Of a stretch of DNA of 37,188 nt, positions 1-7,462 are shown piece by piece (the stretch's first letter is position 1; every line of letters begins with the position of its first letter). Position numbers and translations under genes: made by a program. This stretch comes from Beijerinckiaceae bacterium (lineage in GTDB: Bacteria; Pseudomonadota; Alphaproteobacteria; Rhizobiales; Beijerinckiaceae): positions 1 to 37,188 of the forward strand of contig DATLFZ010000304.1 of the NCBI GenBank assembly GCA_035540795.1. The letters run 5' to 3'. The notes under the pieces were generated by a model. That model was given only the letters and a program-made list of their open reading frames with translations, made no database searches and was not told the DNA's origin.

Positions 1-12
1 TTCCTTTTGGGG

Positions 13-135
13 GCGGGGACTCGCGCGGCGGGAGGGCGTTCTCCTGTCATACCGGCCCGCCTTCCCCGCATTCCCCCCTTGTACGGTGGGCCGAAGACTT
101 CAGGAGCGTCCCTCGGGACGCTCCTTTTTCTTTTT
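13..135 (+). ncRNA. candidate small RNA or structured 3' UTR (5' end may lie outside the window)
   Basis: GCGGGGA(13-19) pairs with TCCCCGC(63-69) and GGCGGG(27-32) with CCCGCC(56-61), enclosing TTCTCCT(39-45). A TTCCCCCC tract (71-78) and a strong terminator follow. No credible ORF. Confidence 0.35.
102..135 (+). terminator. rho-independent terminator
   Basis: AGGAGCGTCC-CTCG-GGACGCTCCT perfect 10-bp stem (102-125) followed by TTTTCTTTTT. Confidence 0.85.
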
Positions 136-143
136 GGAGCCGG

Positions 144-218
144 TCAGCGGGGCCGCGCCGCCGGCAGCGTCAGCGTGATCCGCTTGCCGGTGCGAGGGTC
201 GAGGACGGTGAGGGTCAT
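144..218 (-). CDS. 24-aa small protein MTLTVLDPRTGKRITLTLPAARPR
   Basis: ATG at 218, CAGGAGG Shine-Dalgarno at 233-227 (8-nt spacing), G/C third positions in almost all codons. It is the C-terminal part of track ORF 144..449. Confidence 0.6.
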   Translation of the reverse strand: MTLTVLDPRTGKRITLTLPAARPR

Positions 219-387
219 GGCGCGGGCCTCCTGACCCTGAGAGCCTGCCCCAACAGGGCGCTCGGCGCGGTGCGCCGCCGCACCCCCCTTTCGCGGGGGT
301 GCGCTCCCGAAGAACGATCCTCCGCTCTGCGCCCCTGCGTGGCTTCGGCCGGGGACGACGGGGTCCGAAGTGGCCGCGCCGTCGCCT

Positions 388-1392
388 TCAGCGCACGTCG
401 GTGGCGAGGTGGAACAGGCAGTCGCCCCGCTCGGCGCGGCCCATGGCACGGCGGCAGACCACGAGCCCGTCGGTGCGGAAGGTGCACGGCACCGGCTCCC
501 GGGCCGGATTGTCCGAAAAGTGGATCCAGCCGGCGAGGTCGCCCTTGCGCACCTCGTCGCCGAGGTCGACCACGTGCTCGAAGACGCCGTTCTCGGGCGC
601 GTAGACGTAGTAGTCGCGCCCGCGCACCTCGACGATGCGGGTCGGCGGCGGGGCCGGGCCGCCGGGGGGCTCGCGCAGGATGCCGAGGCGGTGCATGACC
701 CGGCGCACGCCGGCTTCGGCGAGGGCGAGGCCGGTGCGGTCGACGCCGCCGCCGCCGCCGTACTCGCCGCCGAGGCTCGGCACGCCGCGCCGGTTGGCCG
801 AGCTCGCCGAATAGCCCTGCGTCGCGCTGTAGGCCCAGATGAAGGCGAGCGGCGGCGCGAAGGCGTCGAGGAGCGCCCGCGAGCGCCGGTCGAGATCCTC
901 GCGGCCGGACAGGCGCATCGAGCAGAACGGCAGGTAGTCGAGGGAGGCGCCGCCCGCGTGCAGGTCGATATAGGCGTCGGCCATCGGCAGGAGCACGCTG
1001 TCGATGTAGTGGGCGATGCGGCTCGTGGGACCCCCGTCCGGGTCGCCGGGAAAGGCCCGGTTGAGGTTGCCCTGGTCGAGGGGGGAAACCCGGGTGGCGG
1101 CGAGCGCCGCCGGCAGGTTCGCCGCCGGCAGCACGATGACCCGGCCGCGGACCTCGTCGGGCTCGAGCTCCCGGATGAGGCGGGTCAGGGCGATTTGGCC
1201 CTCGTATTCGTCGCCGTGGTTGGCCGCCATCAGCAGGATGGTCGGGCCCGGACCGTTCCGGATCACCGCCATCGGGATGAGGATGTCGCCGTAGGCGGAG
1301 CGGGTGACGGAATGGTGCAGGTGGAGCCAGTCGACCTGCTTGCCGTCGCGCTCGAAGTCGATCTCGGTCCAGAGGGAGGGAGGCTTTTCCAC
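388..1392 (-). CDS. succinylglutamate desuccinylase/aspartoacylase family deacylase (DoeB-like)
   Basis: M14-type Zn motifs ANHGDEYEG, NLNRAFPG, IDLHAGG and a catalytic Glu in GGEYGGG; C-terminal biotin-lipoyl-like segment. Confidence 0.9.
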   Translation of the reverse strand: MEKPPSLWTEIDFERDGKQVDWLHLHHSVTRSAYGDILIPMAVIRNGPGPTILLMAANHGDEYEGQIALTRLIRELEPDEVRGRVIVLPAANLPAALAATRVSPLDQGNLNRAFPGDPDGGPTSRIAHYIDSVLLPMADAYIDLHAGGASLDYLPFCSMRLSGREDLDRRSRALLDAFAPPLAFIWAYSATQGYSASSANRRGVPSLGGEYGGGGGVDRTGLALAEAGVRRVMHRLGILREPPGGPAPPPTRIVEVRGRDYYVYAPENGVFEHVVDLGDEVRKGDLAGWIHFSDNPAREPVPCTFRTDGLVVCRRAMGRAERGDCLFHLATDVR

Positions 1393-1427
1393 GGGTCTCG
1401 TCCGGTCTGCGGGGGCGGAAAGCGGAA

Positions 1428-1449
1428 GCGCCGCCCCGGAGGGCGGCGC
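1428..1449 (-). terminator. intercistronic hairpin after the SBP gene (attenuator or mRNA stabiliser)
   Basis: GCGCCGCCC-TCCG-GGGCGGCGC on the minus strand, followed by a weak TTCCGCTTT tract. Confidence 0.55.
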
Positions 1450-1453
1450 CGGT

Positions 1454-3007
1454 TCACTCGAACCACACGCCCCACATGCGGGGCACCCGGTAGGGCTGAA
1501 AACCCTTCACCCGGGTGAGCGCCGCCTGCTTGGTGGTGGTGTTGCCGAACTTCAGCTGCATGACCTGCTCGTACATGTAGGTCTGCGCGTCCTTCCAGGC
1601 CTCGAGGCGCTTCTCCTTGGTCGGCTCCGTCTGCAGGCGGGCGTAGAGCTCGTCCCACTTCGGATCCATCAGGAACTGGGTGCGCGAGGGCCCGGTGAAC
1701 TGGCTCACGGCGAGGGCCGGCCCGAGGGGGGTCTGCGCGCCCATGGCGCCCATGAACACGTGCCAGGCCTGCTTGTCCTTGTTGCGGATCTGCAGGCCGG
1801 TCGCCCAGTCCTGCACCACGAGCTGCACGTTGACGCCGATCGCCTTGAGCTGCTGCTCCATGACGAGGGAGGCCTTGTACATGTCCTGGTAGTTGGTGTT
1901 GGTCATCAGGATGAGCGGTTCGCCCTTGTAGCCCGACTCCTTCAGGAGCTTCTTGGCGAGCTCGGGATTCTTCATGTTGTAGAACTGCTTGCCGGCATCC
2001 GTGTAGTAGGGCGTGCCGGGATACTGCCAGCCGACGTCGAGCTCGAAGGAGCCGTCGGTGGCGACGTCCATGATCTCCTCGAGGTCGAGGGCCGCCTGGA
2101 TCGCCTTGCGGAAGGTCAGGTTGTCGGTCGGCGGGTTGACCATGTTGACGAACGCCATCTGGATCCAGAAGCGCTCGTAGTCGTAGACCTTGATCCGATC
2201 GCCCTTCTCCTTGGCGAGGCGCTGCGCGGCCTGGGTCGGGATCGCCTCGACCACGTGGACCTCGCCCGTCTCGAGCGCGGCCGCCCGCGCGCCGTCCTCC
2301 TTGATGATGCGGAAGGTGACCGTGTCGAAGAACGGCTCCTTCCTGCCGCCGAAGCCGTCGCGCTTGTCGCCGACCGGCTTGTACTCCTCGAAGCGCTGCA
2401 GCTTCACGTGCGAATCCGGCACCCACTCGACGAAGCGGTACGGGCCGGTGCCGACGATCGGCTGCAGGCGGCCCATCTCCTGGTTCGCCTGCTCGGCCGG
2501 AATGATGCCGTAGGGCGTCCCGTAATCGCTGAAGATCTCCAGGAAGATGGGCGCCGGCCGCGGCGTCTTGATCACCACGGTGGCGTCGTCGGCCTTCTCG
2601 ATCGAGGCGACGTTGAGCTGGCCCTTGTTGACGCTCGCCCGCCGGTAGCGCTCGAGGGAGGCGACCACGTCGTCGGCCGTCATGGTCTTGCCGTTGTGGA
2701 ACTTGACGTCCCGGCGCAGGCGGAAGGTGAAGGTGGTGTTGTCGTCCGAGGCCGAGAACGACTCCGCCAGCATCGGCACCACGTCCATGTTCTCGCCGCG
2801 GGTGATCAGCGGCTCGAAGATGTGCATGGTCACGTTGCGTGCGGCCTGCGTGCGCGAGAAGTGCGGATCGAGCGTGTCGGGCCCGCCGCCCATGGCGACC
2901 ACCGCGTCGCCGCCGCGCTTCTGCGCCATGGCCGCCGGAGCGAGGGCGAGGCCCGCGCAAAGGGCCAGGACGATCGCGGCGCCGAGCCGCCTCCCAAAGG
3001 TGCTCAT
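1454..3007 (-). CDS. ABC transporter substrate-binding protein, family 5 (Dpp/Opp-like)
   Basis: Signal peptide MSTFGRRLGAAIVLALCAGLALAPAAMA; motifs TLDPH, IFEPL, FHNGKTMTADDV, GTGPYRFVEW; SD GGAGGGG upstream of ATG 3007. Confidence 0.93.
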   Translation of the reverse strand: MSTFGRRLGAAIVLALCAGLALAPAAMAQKRGGDAVVAMGGGPDTLDPHFSRTQAARNVTMHIFEPLITRGENMDVVPMLAESFSASDDNTTFTFRLRRDVKFHNGKTMTADDVVASLERYRRASVNKGQLNVASIEKADDATVVIKTPRPAPIFLEIFSDYGTPYGIIPAEQANQEMGRLQPIVGTGPYRFVEWVPDSHVKLQRFEEYKPVGDKRDGFGGRKEPFFDTVTFRIIKEDGARAAALETGEVHVVEAIPTQAAQRLAKEKGDRIKVYDYERFWIQMAFVNMVNPPTDNLTFRKAIQAALDLEEIMDVATDGSFELDVGWQYPGTPYYTDAGKQFYNMKNPELAKKLLKESGYKGEPLILMTNTNYQDMYKASLVMEQQLKAIGVNVQLVVQDWATGLQIRNKDKQAWHVFMGAMGAQTPLGPALAVSQFTGPSRTQFLMDPKWDELYARLQTEPTKEKRLEAWKDAQTYMYEQVMQLKFGNTTTKQAALTRVKGFQPYRVPRMWGVWFE

Positions 3008-3045
3008 GGCGTTTCCCCTCCGTTTCCCGGAATTTCCGCAGGGAG

Positions 3046-3074
3046 AGCATGACGGCGGCTTCTGTGCCGCGCAA
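3046..3074 (-). promoter_or_regulatory. putative sigma70 promoter of the SBP gene
   Basis: TTGCGC-N17-CATGCT on the minus strand, about 40 nt upstream of the start codon. Confidence 0.4.
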
Positions 3075-3152
3075 GGCGGAAATGTGCGCCTCGCGACCGG
3101 GGCTTCCGCGGCGCCCCGGCTTCGCCTAGGACGAGCGCCCCGGGAGACCCGC

Positions 3153-3743
3153 ATGCCCCTCGTCACGCCCTTGCCGACGGACCATTCGCCCGACGTGGCG
3201 GAGCTCGCGAAGTTCTTCTTCGAGACCCTCGGCTTCGTGCCGAACAGCGTCCTGACCATGCAGCGCCGGCCGGAGATCGCGAAGGCGTTCATCGGCCTCA
3301 ACAAGGCGGTGATGGCGAATGCGGGCCGGGTCACGAGCGAGCAGAAGCGCCTGATCGGCCATCTCGCGAGCCGCACCGCCGGCTGCCGCTACTGCGAGGC
3401 CCACACCGCGCTCGCGGCCAAGCGCTACGGCGCGAGCGACGCCCGGCTTTCGGCGATCTGGGACTACCGGACGAGCCCGCTCTTCACCGAGGCCGAGCGC
3501 GCCGCCTTCGACTTCGCGGTCGCCGCGGCGGCGGTGCCGAACGCGGTCGGGCCGGAGATCGCCGAGGCCCTGCGCCGGCACTGGGACGAGGGCGAGATCG
3601 TCGAGATCCTCGGTGTCGTCGCCCTGTTCGGGTACCTGAACCGCTGGAACGACTCGATGGGCACCACCCTGGAGGAGGGCGCGGCGGCGGTCGGGGCCGC
3701 CCATCTCGCCCCCGCCGGCTGGAGCGCGGGCAAGCACGGGTGA
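3153..3743 (+). CDS. carboxymuconolactone decarboxylase/AhpD-like peroxidase-related protein
   Basis: LGFVPNS and CRYCEAH (CxxC-H) motifs, C-terminal EIVEILGVVALFGYLNRWND; SD GGAG before ATG 3153. Confidence 0.88.
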   Translation: MPLVTPLPTDHSPDVAELAKFFFETLGFVPNSVLTMQRRPEIAKAFIGLNKAVMANAGRVTSEQKRLIGHLASRTAGCRYCEAHTALAAKRYGASDARLSAIWDYRTSPLFTEAERAAFDFAVAAAAVPNAVGPEIAEALRRHWDEGEIVEILGVVALFGYLNRWNDSMGTTLEEGAAAVGAAHLAPAGWSAGKHG

Positions 3744-3745
3744 CC

Positions 3746-4144
3746 TCAGCCGCTGCGCAGGTCGAACTGCGCGACGACGCTCGGCTGGATCACCTTGGCA
3801 TGGAGGGTGAGGAGCACGAGCTGCGCGTCGAGACTGTCGCCGGACTCGAGCGCCGCCTCGATGCGCCGCTCCACGCGCTCCGTCAGCACCGGGTCGTTCG
3901 CGTTCGAAAAGATCTCGGCGCCGACCATGCAATAGCCGACGATCTCGGCCGCGGCCCGGTAGGATTGCGGCGCGGGCTCCGGCCCGACCGCGTGGTCCTT
4001 CAGGAGGTTCACCACCGTGAGCTTCACCGCCTCGGGGACGAGCCGCGGATGCAGGTCGACCGAGCGCAGCGCCTCGTCGAGCTGGCGGAGATCCGCCGAG
4101 CGGCCGAAGATGCCCATGAAGCCGATCGAGGAGCGCCGCCGCAT
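3746..4144 (-). CDS. hypothetical protein (start could be 4117)
   Basis: Fills the gap between CMD and tusA, with normal codon usage and globular composition (GRSADLRQLDEALRSVDLHPRLVPEAVKLT). Confidence 0.75.
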   Translation of the reverse strand: MRRRSSIGFMGIFGRSADLRQLDEALRSVDLHPRLVPEAVKLTVVNLLKDHAVGPEPAPQSYRAAAEIVGYCMVGAEIFSNANDPVLTERVERRIEAALESGDSLDAQLVLLTLHAKVIQPSVVAQFDLRSG

Positions 4145-4172
4145 CCGGAACCTCCGAGGATACCCGAAAAGC

Positions 4173-4400
4173 CTACCGCGCCGCCTTGCGGATGGCGAAG
4201 ACCAGGATCCCGTCCTTCTCCTCCTGCCCTTCGAGGGCGTCGCCCGTCTCCTGGAGGAGGTGGGGGATGTCGATCGCGGCGAGGGGATCGGTGCACTCGA
4301 CCATGAGCGTCGCGCCGGGAGCGAGCCCCTTCAGCGCCTTGCGGGTCTTGAGGGCGGGCAGCGGGCATTTCAGGCCCTTGAGGTCGAGGCGATCGGTCAT
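4173..4400 (-). CDS. tusA: sulfurtransferase TusA family sulfur carrier
   Basis: LDLKGLKCPLPALKTRKAL (CPxP motif) and TDPLAAIDIP; 75 aa from ATG 4400. Confidence 0.92.
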   Translation of the reverse strand: MTDRLDLKGLKCPLPALKTRKALKGLAPGATLMVECTDPLAAIDIPHLLQETGDALEGQEEKDGILVFAIRKAAR

Positions 4401-4481
4401 CGGGTCCTGGACTTCGCGCGCGGGTCCCCACACCTATGGCGGCGGGGTGCGCGAGTCGAGGAGCGGCGGTTGAGCGAGGCG

Positions 4482-5480
4482 ATGGCGGCAACGACGCGCC
4501 CGGGCCCGCTCACGCCCGTCGACGACGCCCTCGCCCGGCTCGCCGCCGCGCTGGCGCCGGTCCCCGCGCGGGAGGTGGCCCTCGCCGAGGCCGCCGGCCG
4601 CGTGCTCGCGGAGCCCCTCGTCGTCCCCGCGCCGGTCCCGCCGCGCGCGCTCGCCCTGCGCGACGGCTGGGCGGTCGCCGCCGCCGACACGGTGGGCGCG
4701 TCGCCCTACGGCCCCGTTGTCCTCGCCAATGCGCCTGCCTTCGTGCGCGCGGGCGAGCCGTTGCCGGAGGGCACGGACGCGCTCCTTCCGCCCGACGCGG
4801 TGGTTCTCGGCGTTGCGGAGGCGAGCGAGTCCGCCGCCCCGGGCGAGGGGGTGCGCCGCCCCGGCGCCGACGCGGCGGCCGGGCACGTCCTGCGCCCCGC
4901 GGGCGTCCGGCTGCGGCCGCTCGACCTCGCCGCGGCGGGCGCCGCCGGCCTGTCCCGCTGCACCGTGCGGATCCCGGTCCTCGGTCTCGCGGGCGAGAGC
5001 CCCGGGCTCGACCTCCTCGCCCGCCTCGCCGCGCAAAGCGGCTTCTCCGTCTGCCGGGACGGCTCGGCGGATGCCTCGCTGCGCGTGATCGCCCGCGGCC
5101 CCGGCGAGGCCGGCCCCCTCGCCGAACTCGCCCTGCGCCCCGGGGAGGTCGCTTTCGCCGTCGACCCGCCGGTCGTGGCGGTGCCCCGGCGGCTCGACGG
5201 GGCGCTCGCGGCCTGGCTCGTCCTCCTGCGGCCGCTCCTCGAGCGGGCGGCGGGCGCGGCACCGGTCGCGCCGCGCTCGGGCCCGCTCCGGCGCAAGATC
5301 GCCTCGGCGGTCGGCCTCACCGAGGTCGCGCTCCTGCGGGCGGACGGGGACGGGTTCGATCCCCTCGCCGTGGGCGACCTGCCGCTTTCCGCGATCGCCG
5401 CCGCCGACGCGTTTCTCGCGGTGCCGCCGTCGAGCGAGGGTTATGCCGCCGGCGAAACGGTCCGGGCCTTTCCGCTGTGA
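4482..5480 (+). CDS. MoeA-like molybdopterin-binding protein, shortened and degenerate (alternative TTG start 4470)
   Basis: ALAEAAGRVLAE, RDGWAV, GEPLPEGTDA, GVRRPGAD and C-terminal SEGYAAGETV are MoeA-like; central domain III motifs are eroded. Confidence 0.8.
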   Translation: MAATTRPGPLTPVDDALARLAAALAPVPAREVALAEAAGRVLAEPLVVPAPVPPRALALRDGWAVAAADTVGASPYGPVVLANAPAFVRAGEPLPEGTDALLPPDAVVLGVAEASESAAPGEGVRRPGADAAAGHVLRPAGVRLRPLDLAAAGAAGLSRCTVRIPVLGLAGESPGLDLLARLAAQSGFSVCRDGSADASLRVIARGPGEAGPLAELALRPGEVAFAVDPPVVAVPRRLDGALAAWLVLLRPLLERAAGAAPVAPRSGPLRRKIASAVGLTEVALLRADGDGFDPLAVGDLPLSAIAAADAFLAVPPSSEGYAAGETVRAFPL

Positions 5481-7462
5481 GCGCGCAGCCGTCCCGGCCC
5501 GGCCCCGTCCAGGAGCAGTTCCTCACCGTGCTCTCCCGGGACGAGGCAGTGCGCCGCTTCGAGGCGGTCCTCGACCCGCGCCCGCTCGGGGCGGAGCGGG
5601 TCGCCCTCGCCGACGCCCTCGGCCGGGTCCTCGCCGAGACGCTGCGCGCGCCGATCGACGTGCCGCCCTTCGACCGCGCCTCCGTCGACGGCTTCGCGGT
5701 CCGCGCCGCCGATCTCGCCTCGGCTGGGGAGGGCGCCCCCGTGCGGCTCCGCCTCACCGGCGAGACGGTCGCCTGCGGCGGCGCGCCCCGCCTGCCGGTG
5801 GAGGCCGGCACCGCCACCGCCGTCGCGACCGGGGCGCCGATTCCCCGCGGCGCCGACGCCATGGTGATGATCGAGCACACCGAGCCCGCGGGCGACGGCA
5901 TCCTGGTGCGACGCGCCGCGAGCCCGGGCCAGTTCATCGGCTTTGCCGGCTCCGACATCGCCCGCGGCGAGACCGTATTGCGCCGAGGCACGCTCGTCGG
6001 CTCCCGGGAGATCGGCATGCTCGCCGCCTGCGGCTTCGCCGCGGTGCCGGTCTGGCGCCGGCCGCGCATCGGCGTGCTCTCGACCGGGGACGAGCTCGTG
6101 GCGCCGGGCGGCGAGCTGCGCCCCGGCGCCATCTACGACGCCAACGGCGCCGTCGTCTGCGCGGCGGTGGCCGAGAACGGGGGCGCGCCCGTCTTCTACG
6201 GCGCCGTGCCCGACGAGGAGGCGGCCCTCGAAGCGGCCATGCGACGCGCCTTCGGCGAATGCGACGCGCTCATCCTGTCCGGCGGCACGTCGAAGGGGGA
6301 GGGGGACCTCTCGCACCGGATCGTCGGCCGCCTCGGCGCGCCGGGGATCGTTGCGCACGGGGTGGCGCTCAAGCCCGGCAAGCCGCTCTGCCTCGCGGTC
6401 TGCGACGGCAAAGCGGTGGTGGTGCTGCCGGGTTTCCCGACGAGCGCCATGTTCACCTTCCACGACGTCGTCGCGCCGGTGCTGCGTCGCCTCGCCGGCC
6501 TGCCGCCGCGGCCGGAGGCCGAGGTCCTGGCGCGCGTGCCGGTGCGGGTGCCGTCCGAGCTCGGCCGGACCGAATACGTGATGGTCTCCCTCGTGGAGGC
6601 CGAGGACGGCTGGCGCGCCTACCCGACCGGCAAGGGCTCGGGGGCCGTGACCGCCTTCGCCCAGGCGGACGGATTCGTGACCGTCGAGGCCCTCGCCGAC
6701 GCCCTGCCGGCGGGCACGCAGGCCCCCGTCCGGCTGCTCGCGCCAAATGTGCGCCCGCCGGACCTCGTCGTCGCCGGCAGCCACGACGTGGGGCTCGACC
6801 TCGTTGTCGACCGGGTCGCGGCCGCGGGAGCGAGCGTGCGCGTCCTCGCCGTCGGCTCCCTCGGCGGCCTCGCCGCCGCCCGCCGCGGCGAATGCGACCT
6901 CGCGCCGATCCACCTGATGGATCCCAAGTCGGGCCGCTACAACGAGGACTTCCTTTCGGAAGGGCTCGAGCTCGTCCCCGGCTGGCGGCGGTTCCAGGGG
7001 ATCGTTTTTCGCAAGGGCGACGCCCGTTTCGAGGGGCGGGACGCGCAGGAGGCGGTCGCCACGGCCCTCGGCGATCCGGACTGCCTGATGGTCAACCGCA
7101 ACCCGGGTGCCGGCACGCGCATCCTCGTCGACGGCCTCCTCGGCGGGAAGCGTCCGGACGGCTACTGGAACCAGCCGCGCTCGCACAACGCCGTCGCCGC
7201 GGCGGTGGCCCAGGGTCGGGCCGATTGGGGCCTCGCCATCGCCCCGGTCGCGGAGGCCTACGGCCTCGGCTTCATCCCGGTCGCGGAGGAGCACTACGAT
7301 TTCGCCCTCGTGAGCGCGCGCCGCGAGCGGCCGGGGGTCCGGGCATTTCTCGCCGCCCTTGCCGAGCCGGAGGTCGCGGCCGGCCTCGCGGCGCTCGGCC
7401 TCCGGCCCGCCGGCTCCGCTTTCCCAGACCCGCCCCATTCCCCCGCCAGTCTCGCCCCATGA
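5477..7462 (+). CDS. moeA: molybdopterin molybdotransferase MoeA fused to a C-terminal PBP (LysR-substrate-binding-like) domain
   Basis: GTGA overlap start; PPFDRASVDGFAV, STGDEL, SGGTSKG, LKPGKP, LPGFPTS; then GSHD, GSLGGL, NRNPGAGTR and HNAVAAAVAQGRADWG (PBP-like). Confidence 0.92.
   Translation: MSAQPSRPGPVQEQFLTVLSRDEAVRRFEAVLDPRPLGAERVALADALGRVLAETLRAPIDVPPFDRASVDGFAVRAADLASAGEGAPVRLRLTGETVACGGAPRLPVEAGTATAVATGAPIPRGADAMVMIEHTEPAGDGILVRRAASPGQFIGFAGSDIARGETVLRRGTLVGSREIGMLAACGFAAVPVWRRPRIGVLSTGDELVAPGGELRPGAIYDANGAVVCAAVAENGGAPVFYGAVPDEEAALEAAMRRAFGECDALILSGGTSKGEGDLSHRIVGRLGAPGIVAHGVALKPGKPLCLAVCDGKAVVVLPGFPTSAMFTFHDVVAPVLRRLAGLPPRPEAEVLARVPVRVPSELGRTEYVMVSLVEAEDGWRAYPTGKGSGAVTAFAQADGFVTVEALADALPAGTQAPVRLLAPNVRPPDLVVAGSHDVGLDLVVDRVAAAGASVRVLAVGSLGGLAAARRGECDLAPIHLMDPKSGRYNEDFLSEGLELVPGWRRFQGIVFRKGDARFEGRDAQEAVATALGDPDCLMVNRNPGAGTRILVDGLLGGKRPDGYWNQPRSHNAVAAAVAQGRADWGLAIAPVAEAYGLGFIPVAEEHYDFALVSARRERPGVRAFLAALAEPEVAAGLAALGLRPAGSAFPDPPHSPASLAP

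Noticed and set aside
9-100. tmRNA, tRNA or 6S RNA suggested by the GGGGGCG start
   Set aside because: No T-loop/CCA, tag-peptide frame or long 6S rod could be found.
279-303. Hairpin CGCACCCCC...GGGGGTGCG downstream of the deacylase gene
   Set aside because: No U-tract on either strand, and such hairpins are common at this GC content.
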